Assembly (NCBI GenBank): GCA_041750285.1
Contig: JBGSZS010000002.1
Coordinates: 1-64,000, forward strand
Source of the DNA: Candidatus Fermentibacteraceae bacterium
GTDB lineage: Bacteria; Fermentibacterota; Fermentibacteria; Fermentibacterales; JCC-6
DNA: 64,000 bases
Direction of reading: 5' to 3'
Part shown: positions 1 through 9,075 of the stretch, in pieces
How positions within the stretch are numbered: the first letter of the stretch is position 1
How the letters are laid out: each line of letters opens with the position of its first letter
Made by a program: the position numbers and the translations under genes
The notes under the pieces: model-generated
Told to the model about the DNA's origin: nothing
The model's database searches: none
The model's input: the letters and a program-made list of their open reading frames with translations, nothing else

Positions 1-207
1 GAACCAGTGACCTACACCAACTGGGCACCTGGGGAGCCGAACAATGCGGGAAACGAAGACTACTGCTGGCTCATTGGAGTCAACTATCCAGAATACAAGG
101 ACTGGAATGATGTTTCCAATGAAGGGCTTCAACCATGGGGACTACCCAACGGCATCCTTGAGCTTGATGGACCTGCTTTACCGGATGGATTTCGGCAAGA
201 ATTCTGA
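1..207 (+). CDS. C-type lectin domain protein, 3' fragment (5' end outside window)
   Basis: YTNWAPGEPNN..EDYC...WNDV matches the EPN/WND C-type lectin motifs; frame is open from the window edge. Confidence 0.75.
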   Translation, partial: EPVTYTNWAPGEPNNAGNEDYCWLIGVNYPEYKDWNDVSNEGLQPWGLPNGILELDGPALPDGFRQEF

Positions 208-544
208 AAGCGAATAGGATCTTGTAGCACTCATCAATAGTGTAGGAGTGCTTAGCAAAAACCGATAGACTCCTTATTTCGTTACCCAAAAACGCTTTAC
301 GGAGATATGACCGTATACAACCGTTCGGTTGCATACGCGGGCACCCTTGTATACGGGTGAGCATGCCTCGTAAGACTGAATATTCACAACACCCTTGGTC
401 TGTTGCAGTTTCCCCCGGATGTCACGCTATCATCATAGATGACATAGACTTGAGTGGCCTCAACACCTCATGAAAGGTAAGGGGCAGTTATGGCCACGCT
501 AACGCGAACCAGGGAAGCACCAGAGGTCCCTCACTGCCCTTCCC

Positions 545-766
545 GAAAAGTGGCTTCGGGACGAACAATGTATCAAGAAAGAGTCCATAGTACTGCCCCA
601 TAGCAAGATACGTCATTTTCGCTGTGATTCGACATCCCTCCAGCAGCCACCCTTTCTGAAAAGTGGCAATAGCCCGTACATCATACGGGCAGAGAAGCAT
701 AAAGTATTGCTCAATAGCAAGATACGTCATTTGGATGAAATTCGACGGCTCTCCAGCAGCCACCCT
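545..766. repeat. Degenerate ~113-bp tandem direct duplication (2 copies)
   Basis: gaaaagtggc at 545/658; atagcaagatacgtcattt at 600/714; ctccagcagccaccct at 638/751. Confidence 0.85.
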
Positions 767-876
767 GAACGAATTCCCGGGCCTGTTCATCGGACTCCGC
801 CCCGAATCCTTTCCCGTCATCACAAGATCTGACGAAGCCGTTTCCAAAAAAACAAACATGAGCGAGGAGGTCGACC

Positions 877-1380
877 ATGACCCCGGAGATGATCCATGCC
901 TTTCAGAGGGACCGGAAACTGGTCCTGACAGAGAAGGCCGTTCGCTTCAAGACCGTCAGGCGTCTTACCATTGAAGCGTCGCCCCATACTATCGATTCGC
1001 AGGAGAGAGCAATCGAGTTCCTGTCCGACCTGTTCGAACAGCGGCCCACCGAAGCCCTGTACGCAATCGCCCTGAACTCCTGCAACGATTTCCTGGGGCT
1101 GATCCTGCTTTCCAGCGGAAGCGTGGACAGGGCGACTGTCTATCCCCGAGAGTTAGTGTCCTTCCTTTTGCACGAGACAAACGCCACCGGGGTAATCATC
1201 GCCCATAACCATCCCGGAGGACGGGAGGAAGCCAGCCCCCAGGACATCGCCTTGACCAAGCATCTTCAGAAGGTCATGGAGCCTCTGGAGGTTCGCCTGC
1301 TGGACCACCTCATCTACAGTGCCGGACGACCGGGCCTTCCACCCTCCTGGACCTCGTTCAGGGCCAAAGGGCTGATGTGA
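877..1380 (+). CDS. RadC-like JAB/MPN domain protein
   Basis: VYPRE, AHNHPGG..ASPQD and LLDHLI motifs; GAGGAGG RBS upstream. Confidence 0.9.
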   Translation: MTPEMIHAFQRDRKLVLTEKAVRFKTVRRLTIEASPHTIDSQERAIEFLSDLFEQRPTEALYAIALNSCNDFLGLILLSSGSVDRATVYPRELVSFLLHETNATGVIIAHNHPGGREEASPQDIALTKHLQKVMEPLEVRLLDHLIYSAGRPGLPPSWTSFRAKGLM

Positions 1381-2060
1381 TGGAGGCGGTGGGGTACATC
1401 AGGGTCAGCACCGACGAACAGGTCCGGAACGGGGTGAGCCTCGATGCACAAACCGCCTCGATCCAGGTTTGGGCTCAAAGCCTGAACATCGCTCTGCTGA
1501 GAATCATCGAGGATGCCGGGATAAGCGGGACGGGGATACGGCAACGGCCGGGCCTTCAGCAAGCCCTGCAGGTGGCCTGTGAGAAGAAGGCGGTGCTTGT
1601 CGTCTACTCCCTGTCCCGGCTGTCACGGTCAACGAAGGATACCCTCCAGATCGCCGAGAGGCTGGACAAGGCCGGCGCCGACCTGGTGAGCCTGTCTGAG
1701 AGGATCGACACGACCTGTGCCGCGGGAAAGATGATCTTCCGTCTCATGGCCGTCCTCAACGAGTTCGAGCGTGACCAAGTGGCGGAGCGGACGGCAGCGG
1801 TTCTTCAACACAAGAAGGCAAGGCTGGAAGCCTATTCACCCACACCCTACGGCTACAGCCGTGAGGGGGGCAATCTGATCTTTGAAGAAGCCGAACAGAA
1901 GGTTCTTCAGAAAATCCGGAAGATGCGGGGTAACGGGTTCAGTCTCAGGAAGATCGCTGATGCCCTGAACCGGGGAGGTGTCCCTGCCAAGAACGGGGGC
2001 AGGTGGTACGCTTCCACCGTACGGTACATCCAGGGGAACAGGATTCACATGGATGCATGA
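1377..2060 (+). CDS. Serine recombinase (resolvase catalytic domain plus short DNA-binding domain)
   Basis: GYIRVST catalytic motif, SLSRLSRS, EFER, PYGY; start overlaps the RadC stop. Confidence 0.92.
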   Translation: MMEAVGYIRVSTDEQVRNGVSLDAQTASIQVWAQSLNIALLRIIEDAGISGTGIRQRPGLQQALQVACEKKAVLVVYSLSRLSRSTKDTLQIAERLDKAGADLVSLSERIDTTCAAGKMIFRLMAVLNEFERDQVAERTAAVLQHKKARLEAYSPTPYGYSREGGNLIFEEAEQKVLQKIRKMRGNGFSLRKIADALNRGGVPAKNGGRWYASTVRYIQGNRIHMDA

Positions 2061-2106
2061 TGAATCAGCGACGGTCAGGGGGATGGTGAAAGGGTGAAGG
2101 GAAGAC

Positions 2107-2138
2107 GGGGATCCGGGGTCTGGTGCCCCCGGATCCCC
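2107..2138. terminator. Perfect 12-bp GC hairpin between convergent genes
   Basis: ggggatccgggg (2107-2118) / ccccggatcccc (2127-2138); no clear U-tract, so terminator role is uncertain. Confidence 0.5.
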
Positions 2139-2181
2139 GAATCAATAGGATTGAATCACCAAAGAACAAAATGATCATCCT

Positions 2182-3006
2182 TCAGGGACGTACCGCAAAG
2201 GCCCGAAAGAAGATGCCGGAATAGCTGCTGAGCCCCCAGTACTCGCGGCCGTTTGTGAAGTTGAAGCTCCAGGCCGGCAACGAAGAAGAGTAAACCTCCC
2301 CAGACCAGACAGAATAGCCAGTGTTCCTAAAGGGGCCCCAGTTTGCAGAATACTTTATGCCTGCATCCCATAGACTCTTTAGCTCTTCCATGGTAGGCAT
2401 CCGCCAACCACCACCAAGACTGTCAACCCATGCTTTCGCTACATCCCATGTCATGTTATGGTCAGGACCCACCTGCCACTCAAGCCCTGTCACATTATCC
2501 CTGATGATTGGACCGACTTTTTCAAACTGCCCGTAGATCTCGGGCTCCACAATCCGGAAACGCACTGCAAAGGCCCGTAAGCCGTTGCCGGAGTCACTGC
2601 GAGCACCACAGTGCTCACGGCCACTATCGGCGAGGACGAATTGGTAGGTGAAGAACCAGGCCGACGAAGAATCGTCAACCTCCTTTGACCAGACATTCCA
2701 GCCATCGTTCTCGAATGGCCCCCAGCTATTAACACTGATTCCCGCATTGTAAAGACCATGAAGCTCTGCTAGGGTAGGCATTCGCCAGTTACCTTCGAGA
2801 CTGTCAACCCATGCTTTCGCTTCATACCAGTTCGTACCCCTGTCCGCACCCACCTGCCACTCAAGCCTGGTCTCAGTATCCCTGATGATCGGACCGGTCT
2901 TTTCGAACTGTCCGTAGATCTCAGGCCTTACGGTTGTGCGGCCGATGCTGCAACCGGAAAGGACGAGGAGGCAAAAAGCGATCGCCAGTATCCATCGTGC
3001 ACCCAT
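2182..3006 (-). CDS. Lipoprotein with two tandem DUF1566 (Lcl/CLec-fold) domains
   Basis: Lipobox LSGC; two copies of IRD..T.LEWQ...W..AKAW..SL...WRMPT..EL...VWS...AW...RAFAVR, 381 nt apart. Confidence 0.85.
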   Translation of the reverse strand: MGARWILAIAFCLLVLSGCSIGRTTVRPEIYGQFEKTGPIIRDTETRLEWQVGADRGTNWYEAKAWVDSLEGNWRMPTLAELHGLYNAGISVNSWGPFENDGWNVWSKEVDDSSSAWFFTYQFVLADSGREHCGARSDSGNGLRAFAVRFRIVEPEIYGQFEKVGPIIRDNVTGLEWQVGPDHNMTWDVAKAWVDSLGGGWRMPTMEELKSLWDAGIKYSANWGPFRNTGYSVWSGEVYSSSLPAWSFNFTNGREYWGLSSYSGIFFRAFAVRP

Positions 3007-3173
3007 GAGAGCCCCCCCTCATCCGGTTGAAGCATGGCGCCGGGGAAACGATGTATCTCCTTTTTCTCAAGGACAAGAAGATAGGATTTCCCGGGGGGAG
3101 AACATACAGGGCGGGAAAAAGGAAGGCACGATCTTTTTTTACCTTCACATTCCATCAATGATGGACAGCTGCA

Positions 3174-3202
3174 TTGACTAGTGCTGACCGGGGGGGTATT
3201 CT
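3174..3202 (+). promoter_or_regulatory. Putative sigma70 promoter of the GmrSD-type gene
   Basis: TTGACT-17 nt-TATTCT. Confidence 0.5.
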
Positions 3203-3284
3203 CATTCCGCGTTGATGGGGCTGGTAACTGTGTTCTACAGGGGATCTCCTAAGAACAAGAAGAAGTGGAGAGACGGATCGATCA

Positions 3285-5378
3285 ATGGATAAGCCAAAGG
3301 GACTGAATAGCCTTTTCAAAGAGAAGATTTTCAGGATCCCCGACTATCAGCGAGGTTATGCATGGCAAAGGGATCAATTGACGGCATTCTGGGAAGATCT
3401 GGTCAACTTGGCTTACGGCAGATCCCACTACACTGGAGTTCTAACTCTGAAGAGCATCCCGAATAAGGACATTCGCGAGGATGCACGGGAGTACTGGCTC
3501 CTCGATGATCACGCCTACACAGTGTTTCACGTCGTGGACGGCCAGCAGCGGCTGACGACTGTAGTTATTTTCCTACAAGCGTTTGTTGACTTCCTGAAGA
3601 GCTTGCCGGAGAACCAGAAGAAACCAGAGAGTGAGATCTTTTTCACCGATAGCCTGAGTGTTGCGGATATTGTGGAGCGGTTTCTCTTCAAAGTCAAGCG
3701 GGGCGGAGACCGGTTCAGGACCTACAAGTTCGGGTATACGGAAGACAATCCGAGCTATGAGTACTTGCGATTTAAAATCCTAGGTGAGTACGGTGGAGGT
3801 GCCGTTCAGGAGACCTTCTACACACTGAATCTGGCAAATGCCAAGCATTACTTCAGCAAACAGATACAAGCGGTGTATGAGACAGCGGGCATAGCGGGAT
3901 TACAGGAAATCTACGGGAAGCTGACGAAGTCGTTCCTCTTCAATGAATACATAATCGAGGACGAGTTCGATGTGTTTGTGGCGTTCGAGACCATGAACAA
4001 TCGTGGCAAACGTCTTTCAGATCTCGAGTTGCTGAAGAATCGCTTGATCTACCTTGTTACGATGTATGGTGACACGGAGCTTGATGCTGCCGCGCGGAGG
4101 AGTATGCGTGAAACCGTGAATGAGGGATGGAAGGAAATCTATAAGCAGCTTGGAAGCAACAAGTTGAAGCCTTTGAATGATGATGATTTTCTTAAGGCCC
4201 ACTGGATACTCTTCTACAAATACTCTCGCAAGACAGGTCGTGACTATATCCGATTCCTCTTGGACGAGAAATTCACGCCAAAGCGGATTTACAATAAGGT
4301 CGAACGTGAGATTGACTGGGAACTGCCAGAGGAGCAGCGGTCGGACTTGGAGGAAACAGATCTTCTGCCTGAAGGAGAGCAGGACGAGTCCGGAATTGAT
4401 ACGCCGACTCATGTGCAGGCGGATCTATCGCCGATAGAGGTAAAAAACTACGTTCTGAGCTTAAAGGAATGTGCCGGGCACTGGTTCACCAGCTTCTTCC
4501 CAGATTTGACAAGCGACCGTAGCGCTGAGGAGAGGCGATGGCTGGAGGCGCTGAATCGCATTGGTTTTGCCTACTTCCGCCCCCTCGTCATGTCGGTACT
4601 GAAGAATGTGGACGAGGAAATGGATCGGATTCGGGTCTTTAGGGGAATCGAGCGCTTCATCTTCGTCGCGTTCCGTCTGAATGCGGTACGAGCCAACTAC
4701 CGAAGTAGCGAGTTCTACAATCTGACTCGAGCTTTGGACCGGGGTGAGCAAAACGTGGAGTACATTTTAGAGAGGCTCGACGAAAACCTAGCGTACGCAT
4801 TTGACGAGAAGGGTTGTTTCCGCACTGATTCCTTCTATGGCATCCTCTATAGGAAGCTCCGGGATGGTAGCGGTTACCATGGTTGGGCAGGCCTTAGGTA
4901 TTTCCTCTACGAGTACGAGATCAGTCTCCTGGCTGAGAGTCGACAGAAGAAGGTCGATTGGGATGATCTTCTAAAGCAGGGGCGTGACATGATTTCGATC
5001 GAACATATCTATCCCCAGACTCCAGTCGCTGACTGGGAGGATGAGTTTGCTGGAGTACCGAAAGAGGAGCGTGGGCGCTACAAGGGAAGCCTAGGCAATA
5101 TGTTAGTTCTCTCCAAAGCCATAAACTCCGCACTTCAGAACGACACGTTCAAGAACAAGAAATACGCCAAGTTTGATGAGAATGGCCGAAAGGTCAGGAA
5201 TGGGTACGAAGACGGGTCCCACTCGGAAATCGAGGTCTCTCGCTCTCTGACTTGGGGACCTGCGGAGATTCAAGAAAGAGGGATGAGGCTTCTGCTGTTT
5301 ATGGAAGATCGCTGGCGGATTCCCCTCAAGGACGACTCCGTGAGGAAGCACTTACTCTATATGAAACCTTCAGAGTAG
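3285..5378 (+). CDS. GmrSD-type (DUF262 + DUF1524 HNH) type IV restriction endonuclease
   Basis: IPDYQRGYAW, VVDGQQRLTT, FETMNNRG (DUF262); SIEHIYPQ...LGNM...INS (DUF1524). Confidence 0.9.
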   Translation: MDKPKGLNSLFKEKIFRIPDYQRGYAWQRDQLTAFWEDLVNLAYGRSHYTGVLTLKSIPNKDIREDAREYWLLDDHAYTVFHVVDGQQRLTTVVIFLQAFVDFLKSLPENQKKPESEIFFTDSLSVADIVERFLFKVKRGGDRFRTYKFGYTEDNPSYEYLRFKILGEYGGGAVQETFYTLNLANAKHYFSKQIQAVYETAGIAGLQEIYGKLTKSFLFNEYIIEDEFDVFVAFETMNNRGKRLSDLELLKNRLIYLVTMYGDTELDAAARRSMRETVNEGWKEIYKQLGSNKLKPLNDDDFLKAHWILFYKYSRKTGRDYIRFLLDEKFTPKRIYNKVEREIDWELPEEQRSDLEETDLLPEGEQDESGIDTPTHVQADLSPIEVKNYVLSLKECAGHWFTSFFPDLTSDRSAEERRWLEALNRIGFAYFRPLVMSVLKNVDEEMDRIRVFRGIERFIFVAFRLNAVRANYRSSEFYNLTRALDRGEQNVEYILERLDENLAYAFDEKGCFRTDSFYGILYRKLRDGSGYHGWAGLRYFLYEYEISLLAESRQKKVDWDDLLKQGRDMISIEHIYPQTPVADWEDEFAGVPKEERGRYKGSLGNMLVLSKAINSALQNDTFKNKKYAKFDENGRKVRNGYEDGSHSEIEVSRSLTWGPAEIQERGMRLLLFMEDRWRIPLKDDSVRKHLLYMKPSE

Positions 5379-5526
5379 AAATCATCCAGCATAGAAGCTG
5401 CTATCATCAGATTCTGCCTACATCATCGCGTACCGAAGCACCTTCATAAGCAAAACCTACCCGCCCTTCTACTATAATCTCAGGTCGGGAATACACTTCA
5501 GCTATATCAGCATGGGAAACCCGAAG

Positions 5527-8500
5527 TTACACTGGCTTTCTCGACGGCACCACCAGCTCCCAGCACATAAGCTGCAGATCGCGCTCGCTCGTTGGACGCG
5601 TCGCAGGTCGTGGCAGCGGCCTGTTCAGGCCCTTCGCTTCGAGTTCTGTCCACAGCCGCTCAAGCGCCTCCGACACCACGACAGGATCAGCGTTGGCGAC
5701 CTTCAATGCCCTATATGCTTCCTGAACACTGTCCTCCCGCTTGAGCAGGTCGCTCGGGTGCGGCTGTTCGCACCAGTCGAACAGTGTGTCTGCACGCTTC
5801 CCCAGGCGCTCCTGCACGTTGGGGTCCTGCAGCCGCGAGCGAATCAGACGCACCATCTCGCCGGGGTCTTGTGCGCTCATGCGGCGCTGATACTCCTGCC
5901 CGAGCTCGCCAATGGCGGCCTTCAGTGGTTCGATCAAGTACTGGAAAGGATTGTCTTCGGGACCAAGCTCGGCTCGCTCATCCTCGGGTTTGCAGGCAAT
6001 CTTGGAAGCGGCCTCGATGGCAGACGCGATCACGGGTGAAGCATCAGCCGGGTAGAACCGCCAGAAGACCTCTCCGCCGAATTCGTCCGGCATCTTGAGC
6101 TGCACGAACACCCCGGGCGTGTCACCCTCGCGAATGCTGTGAATGCCGTCAGGAAGGCTCCTTACATCCTGAGTGCCGAGTGATTTTACGAGGTCGATAT
6201 AGTCGCGAAGCTGGTCGAGCGCATCATCGAACTCGGCCCGTCGCTCTCCCTCGAGGTATACGGCATCAGCCTCGTTGCCACCCTGCTGGATGCGCATGAT
6301 GTCGTCGAGTGCCTTGGCCTCGATGACCTCTCCAAGCACCGAAGCATCCAGCCCCAGGGTTGCATCGATCGCCTTTGCTCGCGACGATAGCCGCTTCACC
6401 AGCTTGAGCAGGTCCTCAAGACCTTTCTCAGGCATGACGTTGTAGAAGTACACACGTTCGTGTGGCGAGAAGAGCCTGTCGATACGCCCGGCGCGCTGGA
6501 TCATGCGCACAGGATTCCAGTGCAGGTCATAGTTGATGAGGTACTGCGCATCTTGCAGATTCTGACCTTCACTCAGCACGTCTGTCGCTATGAGCACGTC
6601 GATGCATGCCTCTCTGAACGGCGCGATCTCGGCAACCAGTTCCGGGTCGTCGATGTCGCGGTCCTCGCGAAGCGTCGCAAGCGGCGCGAAATGGGCGAGC
6701 ACCTCTGCCCTGCGCCTCTTATCGTCCGAGCCTGTCAGAACAGAGTGCCACCTCTCTCCCGAGAGATTCGAGAGGCACCGCACGTCGACCTTGAGCCCAT
6801 CGGCCGGGCCACCCATGGCCCGGAACAGGTGCATAGCCGTGTCCTTGTAGTTCGTGAATACGACAACCTTGGTCGGTACGCCGTTGTCGTCTAGTACGGG
6901 CAGTCCGTCGATTACCGCACGCAGCGCGGCTACCTTAGGGTCCTTGGCAGGATCCGCAGCCTCCAGTTTTTCGAGAGCGGTGAGAAGACCCTGCAGTGTG
7001 TTTCGGTCGGAACGCACTGCATCAGACAGAGCACCGACATCGCATCGTGCGGGGTCGATCTTCAGCAGCGAGTCGAGCAGCTCTATCACATCCTGGTCAC
7101 CACCGGCTGCCTCGAGAGCCTCGTCATCGAGCGCCCCACGCAGAAGAACGCGGAGGCGATCCCGCTCTTTGGCGAAGAGCACCTTGCCTTGGTCAAGGAA
7201 GTATAGGAATCGCTCGAGGTAGTTGACCTGGTTTCGGACGGTCGCCATGAGCGCAGCTACCGAGCTCTCCATGCGCTTCAGGTAGATTGTCCGTATGATG
7301 CCGATGTAAGCGTCGTTGCGAGTCACGACTCTCTCGGTGTCTGCGTGCCTTACCCCGGGACGCTCGATACCGTATGCCTCGAGGTTGTAGACGGCGAAGT
7401 TCAGAGATTCGATCGCTTCGAGCACTCGCGAGTAGACGTCTCCGTATATCTCCTCTAGTCCGTAAGTGATTGCCTTCGGGATCTCGTGCTCTGGGAACAC
7501 GAGCGGACGTCCATCAATCTCAAGCGGCTCCCCAGCCTTTTGGCGCTGCCGGATGTCATGGCGGGTGCGCCGCACGAGCGTCAGCAGCATGGTGTTGAGA
7601 AGCCCCGGTCCGCCCCCGTTTTGCTCGAGTGAGCGGAACTCACCTTCGAGATTGCCAACCGGTCCGCGTCCTGCGTACCAGCTATTGTCACCTCGCGTGA
7701 TGAGCATTAGCTGGTGGTAAAGATCCCACAAGCTGTTGTTGATGGGGGTGGCGGTCACCAGCAGGACTCGCTTATCGGGTTTTGCACCGGCCCGGATGAT
7801 CTCCATGAGCGCCCTGTAGCGCTTGGTTCCGGGGTTACGGAAATTGTGACTCTCGTCAATGAGCACGATGTCGGCATTCTGCAGTGCCCTGAGCTTGCGA
7901 CGCCTGCGCTCACGCTCAAGACCGTCCTCGATCTCGTCGATGTCGGCAAGCTGGGGAAGATACTCCATGCTCACCGTCTCACCGAAGATGCCGTTGGCGT
8001 GCAGCCGTTCTTTCGACCAGTTGCCCTCCAACTGAGCCGGACAGACGACAAGCGCTTTCACGCGGTTGCTTTTGCGTAGTGTGTACTCACGAAGCACGCC
8101 CAGACCGATGTAGGTCTTGCCGAGACCCACCGAGTCACACACCATCGCGCCCCAGTGCCGCTCAAGCAGCTCTACAGCTCTTGCAACACCTTCCTGCTGG
8201 AAGAGCGCGAGCCGGCCCGCCACCTCGTCATCGAGACCGATACCGAGGAAGCTGCCGTAGGCAACATGAAGCGCCTTGAGGAAGACTTGCCACGGTGTGA
8301 AGCGCCGACCAAAGAGCACGCACTCCTCGAGAAGCCGGATGAACTCGTTCTTGCAGTCCAGTGCTTCGTCCCATTTGCGGTCGAACCACGATTCAAGCTC
8401 GTCAACCACAGGTGTCGGTCCAGTCTCCGTCATGACGAGATTTGCCTCGATGTTGTTCTGCAGCCCCCCCTTGGTGAGGTTGCTGCTGCCGACCGCGCCA

Positions 8501-9075
8501 TAGGCGGCTTTGTCCTCGCGAAGGATGTAGACCTTCGCGTGGAGTCGCTCAGTTGTATCTGCCGAAAGAACCTGACCTTCAGGCACTTTTCCGGTTGCCG
8601 GCCCGAGGTAACGACGAACCTCAACCTCGGGACGCGAGAGGAAGCAACAGAGATGCTGGACCTTGTGCCATGCGGCAAGATCGAATTCCTTGCGTGTCGT
8701 ATAGCTTTCCTCACCCTTGCTTTCGAGAAGCAGTTTCCGCTGTTCGTGCGTCATGAGCACCCACGGAAGGTTACCTTCGAGGAACTCAAACCAGTCGATC
8801 GCCTCAAGCGGGCCGGTGTGCTCAGCGTCATCCGACTGGCCTGAGAGCAGCTCACCAGGACCGCGCCGCCGCATAAAAGGACGCTCGCCAAGGAGGATGC
8901 GTACCTGACTGGCGTCCTGGAGGCCCGATTGAATCTCCCGGAAACCATCAGGGGTGAAGTAGGCTGTGGCGATACGAACGCTATCAGGCTGCACCTCGCG
9001 GAACGCTCGGGCTAGTTCAGAGAGCATCGTGCCAGTGACCTCGTCGTTGGCGATGAAGCGGCGAATGTCAGTCAT
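5527..9075 (-). CDS. PLD-nuclease / SNF2-family helicase fusion
   Basis: PLD HAKVY...GSSNLT..G...N.E; DSVGLGKT, DESH, TATP, TDVLSEGQNLQ, QRAGRIDR; ATG at 9075 with GGAGG RBS. Confidence 0.9.
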   Translation of the reverse strand: MTDIRRFIANDEVTGTMLSELARAFREVQPDSVRIATAYFTPDGFREIQSGLQDASQVRILLGERPFMRRRGPGELLSGQSDDAEHTGPLEAIDWFEFLEGNLPWVLMTHEQRKLLLESKGEESYTTRKEFDLAAWHKVQHLCCFLSRPEVEVRRYLGPATGKVPEGQVLSADTTERLHAKVYILREDKAAYGAVGSSNLTKGGLQNNIEANLVMTETGPTPVVDELESWFDRKWDEALDCKNEFIRLLEECVLFGRRFTPWQVFLKALHVAYGSFLGIGLDDEVAGRLALFQQEGVARAVELLERHWGAMVCDSVGLGKTYIGLGVLREYTLRKSNRVKALVVCPAQLEGNWSKERLHANGIFGETVSMEYLPQLADIDEIEDGLERERRRRKLRALQNADIVLIDESHNFRNPGTKRYRALMEIIRAGAKPDKRVLLVTATPINNSLWDLYHQLMLITRGDNSWYAGRGPVGNLEGEFRSLEQNGGGPGLLNTMLLTLVRRTRHDIRQRQKAGEPLEIDGRPLVFPEHEIPKAITYGLEEIYGDVYSRVLEAIESLNFAVYNLEAYGIERPGVRHADTERVVTRNDAYIGIIRTIYLKRMESSVAALMATVRNQVNYLERFLYFLDQGKVLFAKERDRLRVLLRGALDDEALEAAGGDQDVIELLDSLLKIDPARCDVGALSDAVRSDRNTLQGLLTALEKLEAADPAKDPKVAALRAVIDGLPVLDDNGVPTKVVVFTNYKDTAMHLFRAMGGPADGLKVDVRCLSNLSGERWHSVLTGSDDKRRRAEVLAHFAPLATLREDRDIDDPELVAEIAPFREACIDVLIATDVLSEGQNLQDAQYLINYDLHWNPVRMIQRAGRIDRLFSPHERVYFYNVMPEKGLEDLLKLVKRLSSRAKAIDATLGLDASVLGEVIEAKALDDIMRIQQGGNEADAVYLEGERRAEFDDALDQLRDYIDLVKSLGTQDVRSLPDGIHSIREGDTPGVFVQLKMPDEFGGEVFWRFYPADASPVIASAIEAASKIACKPEDERAELGPEDNPFQYLIEPLKAAIGELGQEYQRRMSAQDPGEMVRLIRSRLQDPNVQERLGKRADTLFDWCEQPHPSDLLKREDSVQEAYRALKVANADPVVVSEALERLWTELEAKGLNRPLPRPATRPTSERDLQLMCWELVVPSRKPV

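Noticed and set aside
225..254. CIRCE-like inverted repeat TAGCACTC...GAGTGCTTA
   Set aside because: Spacer is 13 nt rather than 9 and no heat-shock gene follows; more likely a hairpin after the lectin gene
545..766. CRISPR array
   Set aside because: Only two ~113-bp units with several conserved blocks, no repeat-spacer periodicity and no cas genes
2182..3006. Complete diversity-generating retroelement
   Set aside because: No reverse transcriptase, Avd or template repeat visible in the window; only the target-like gene is reported
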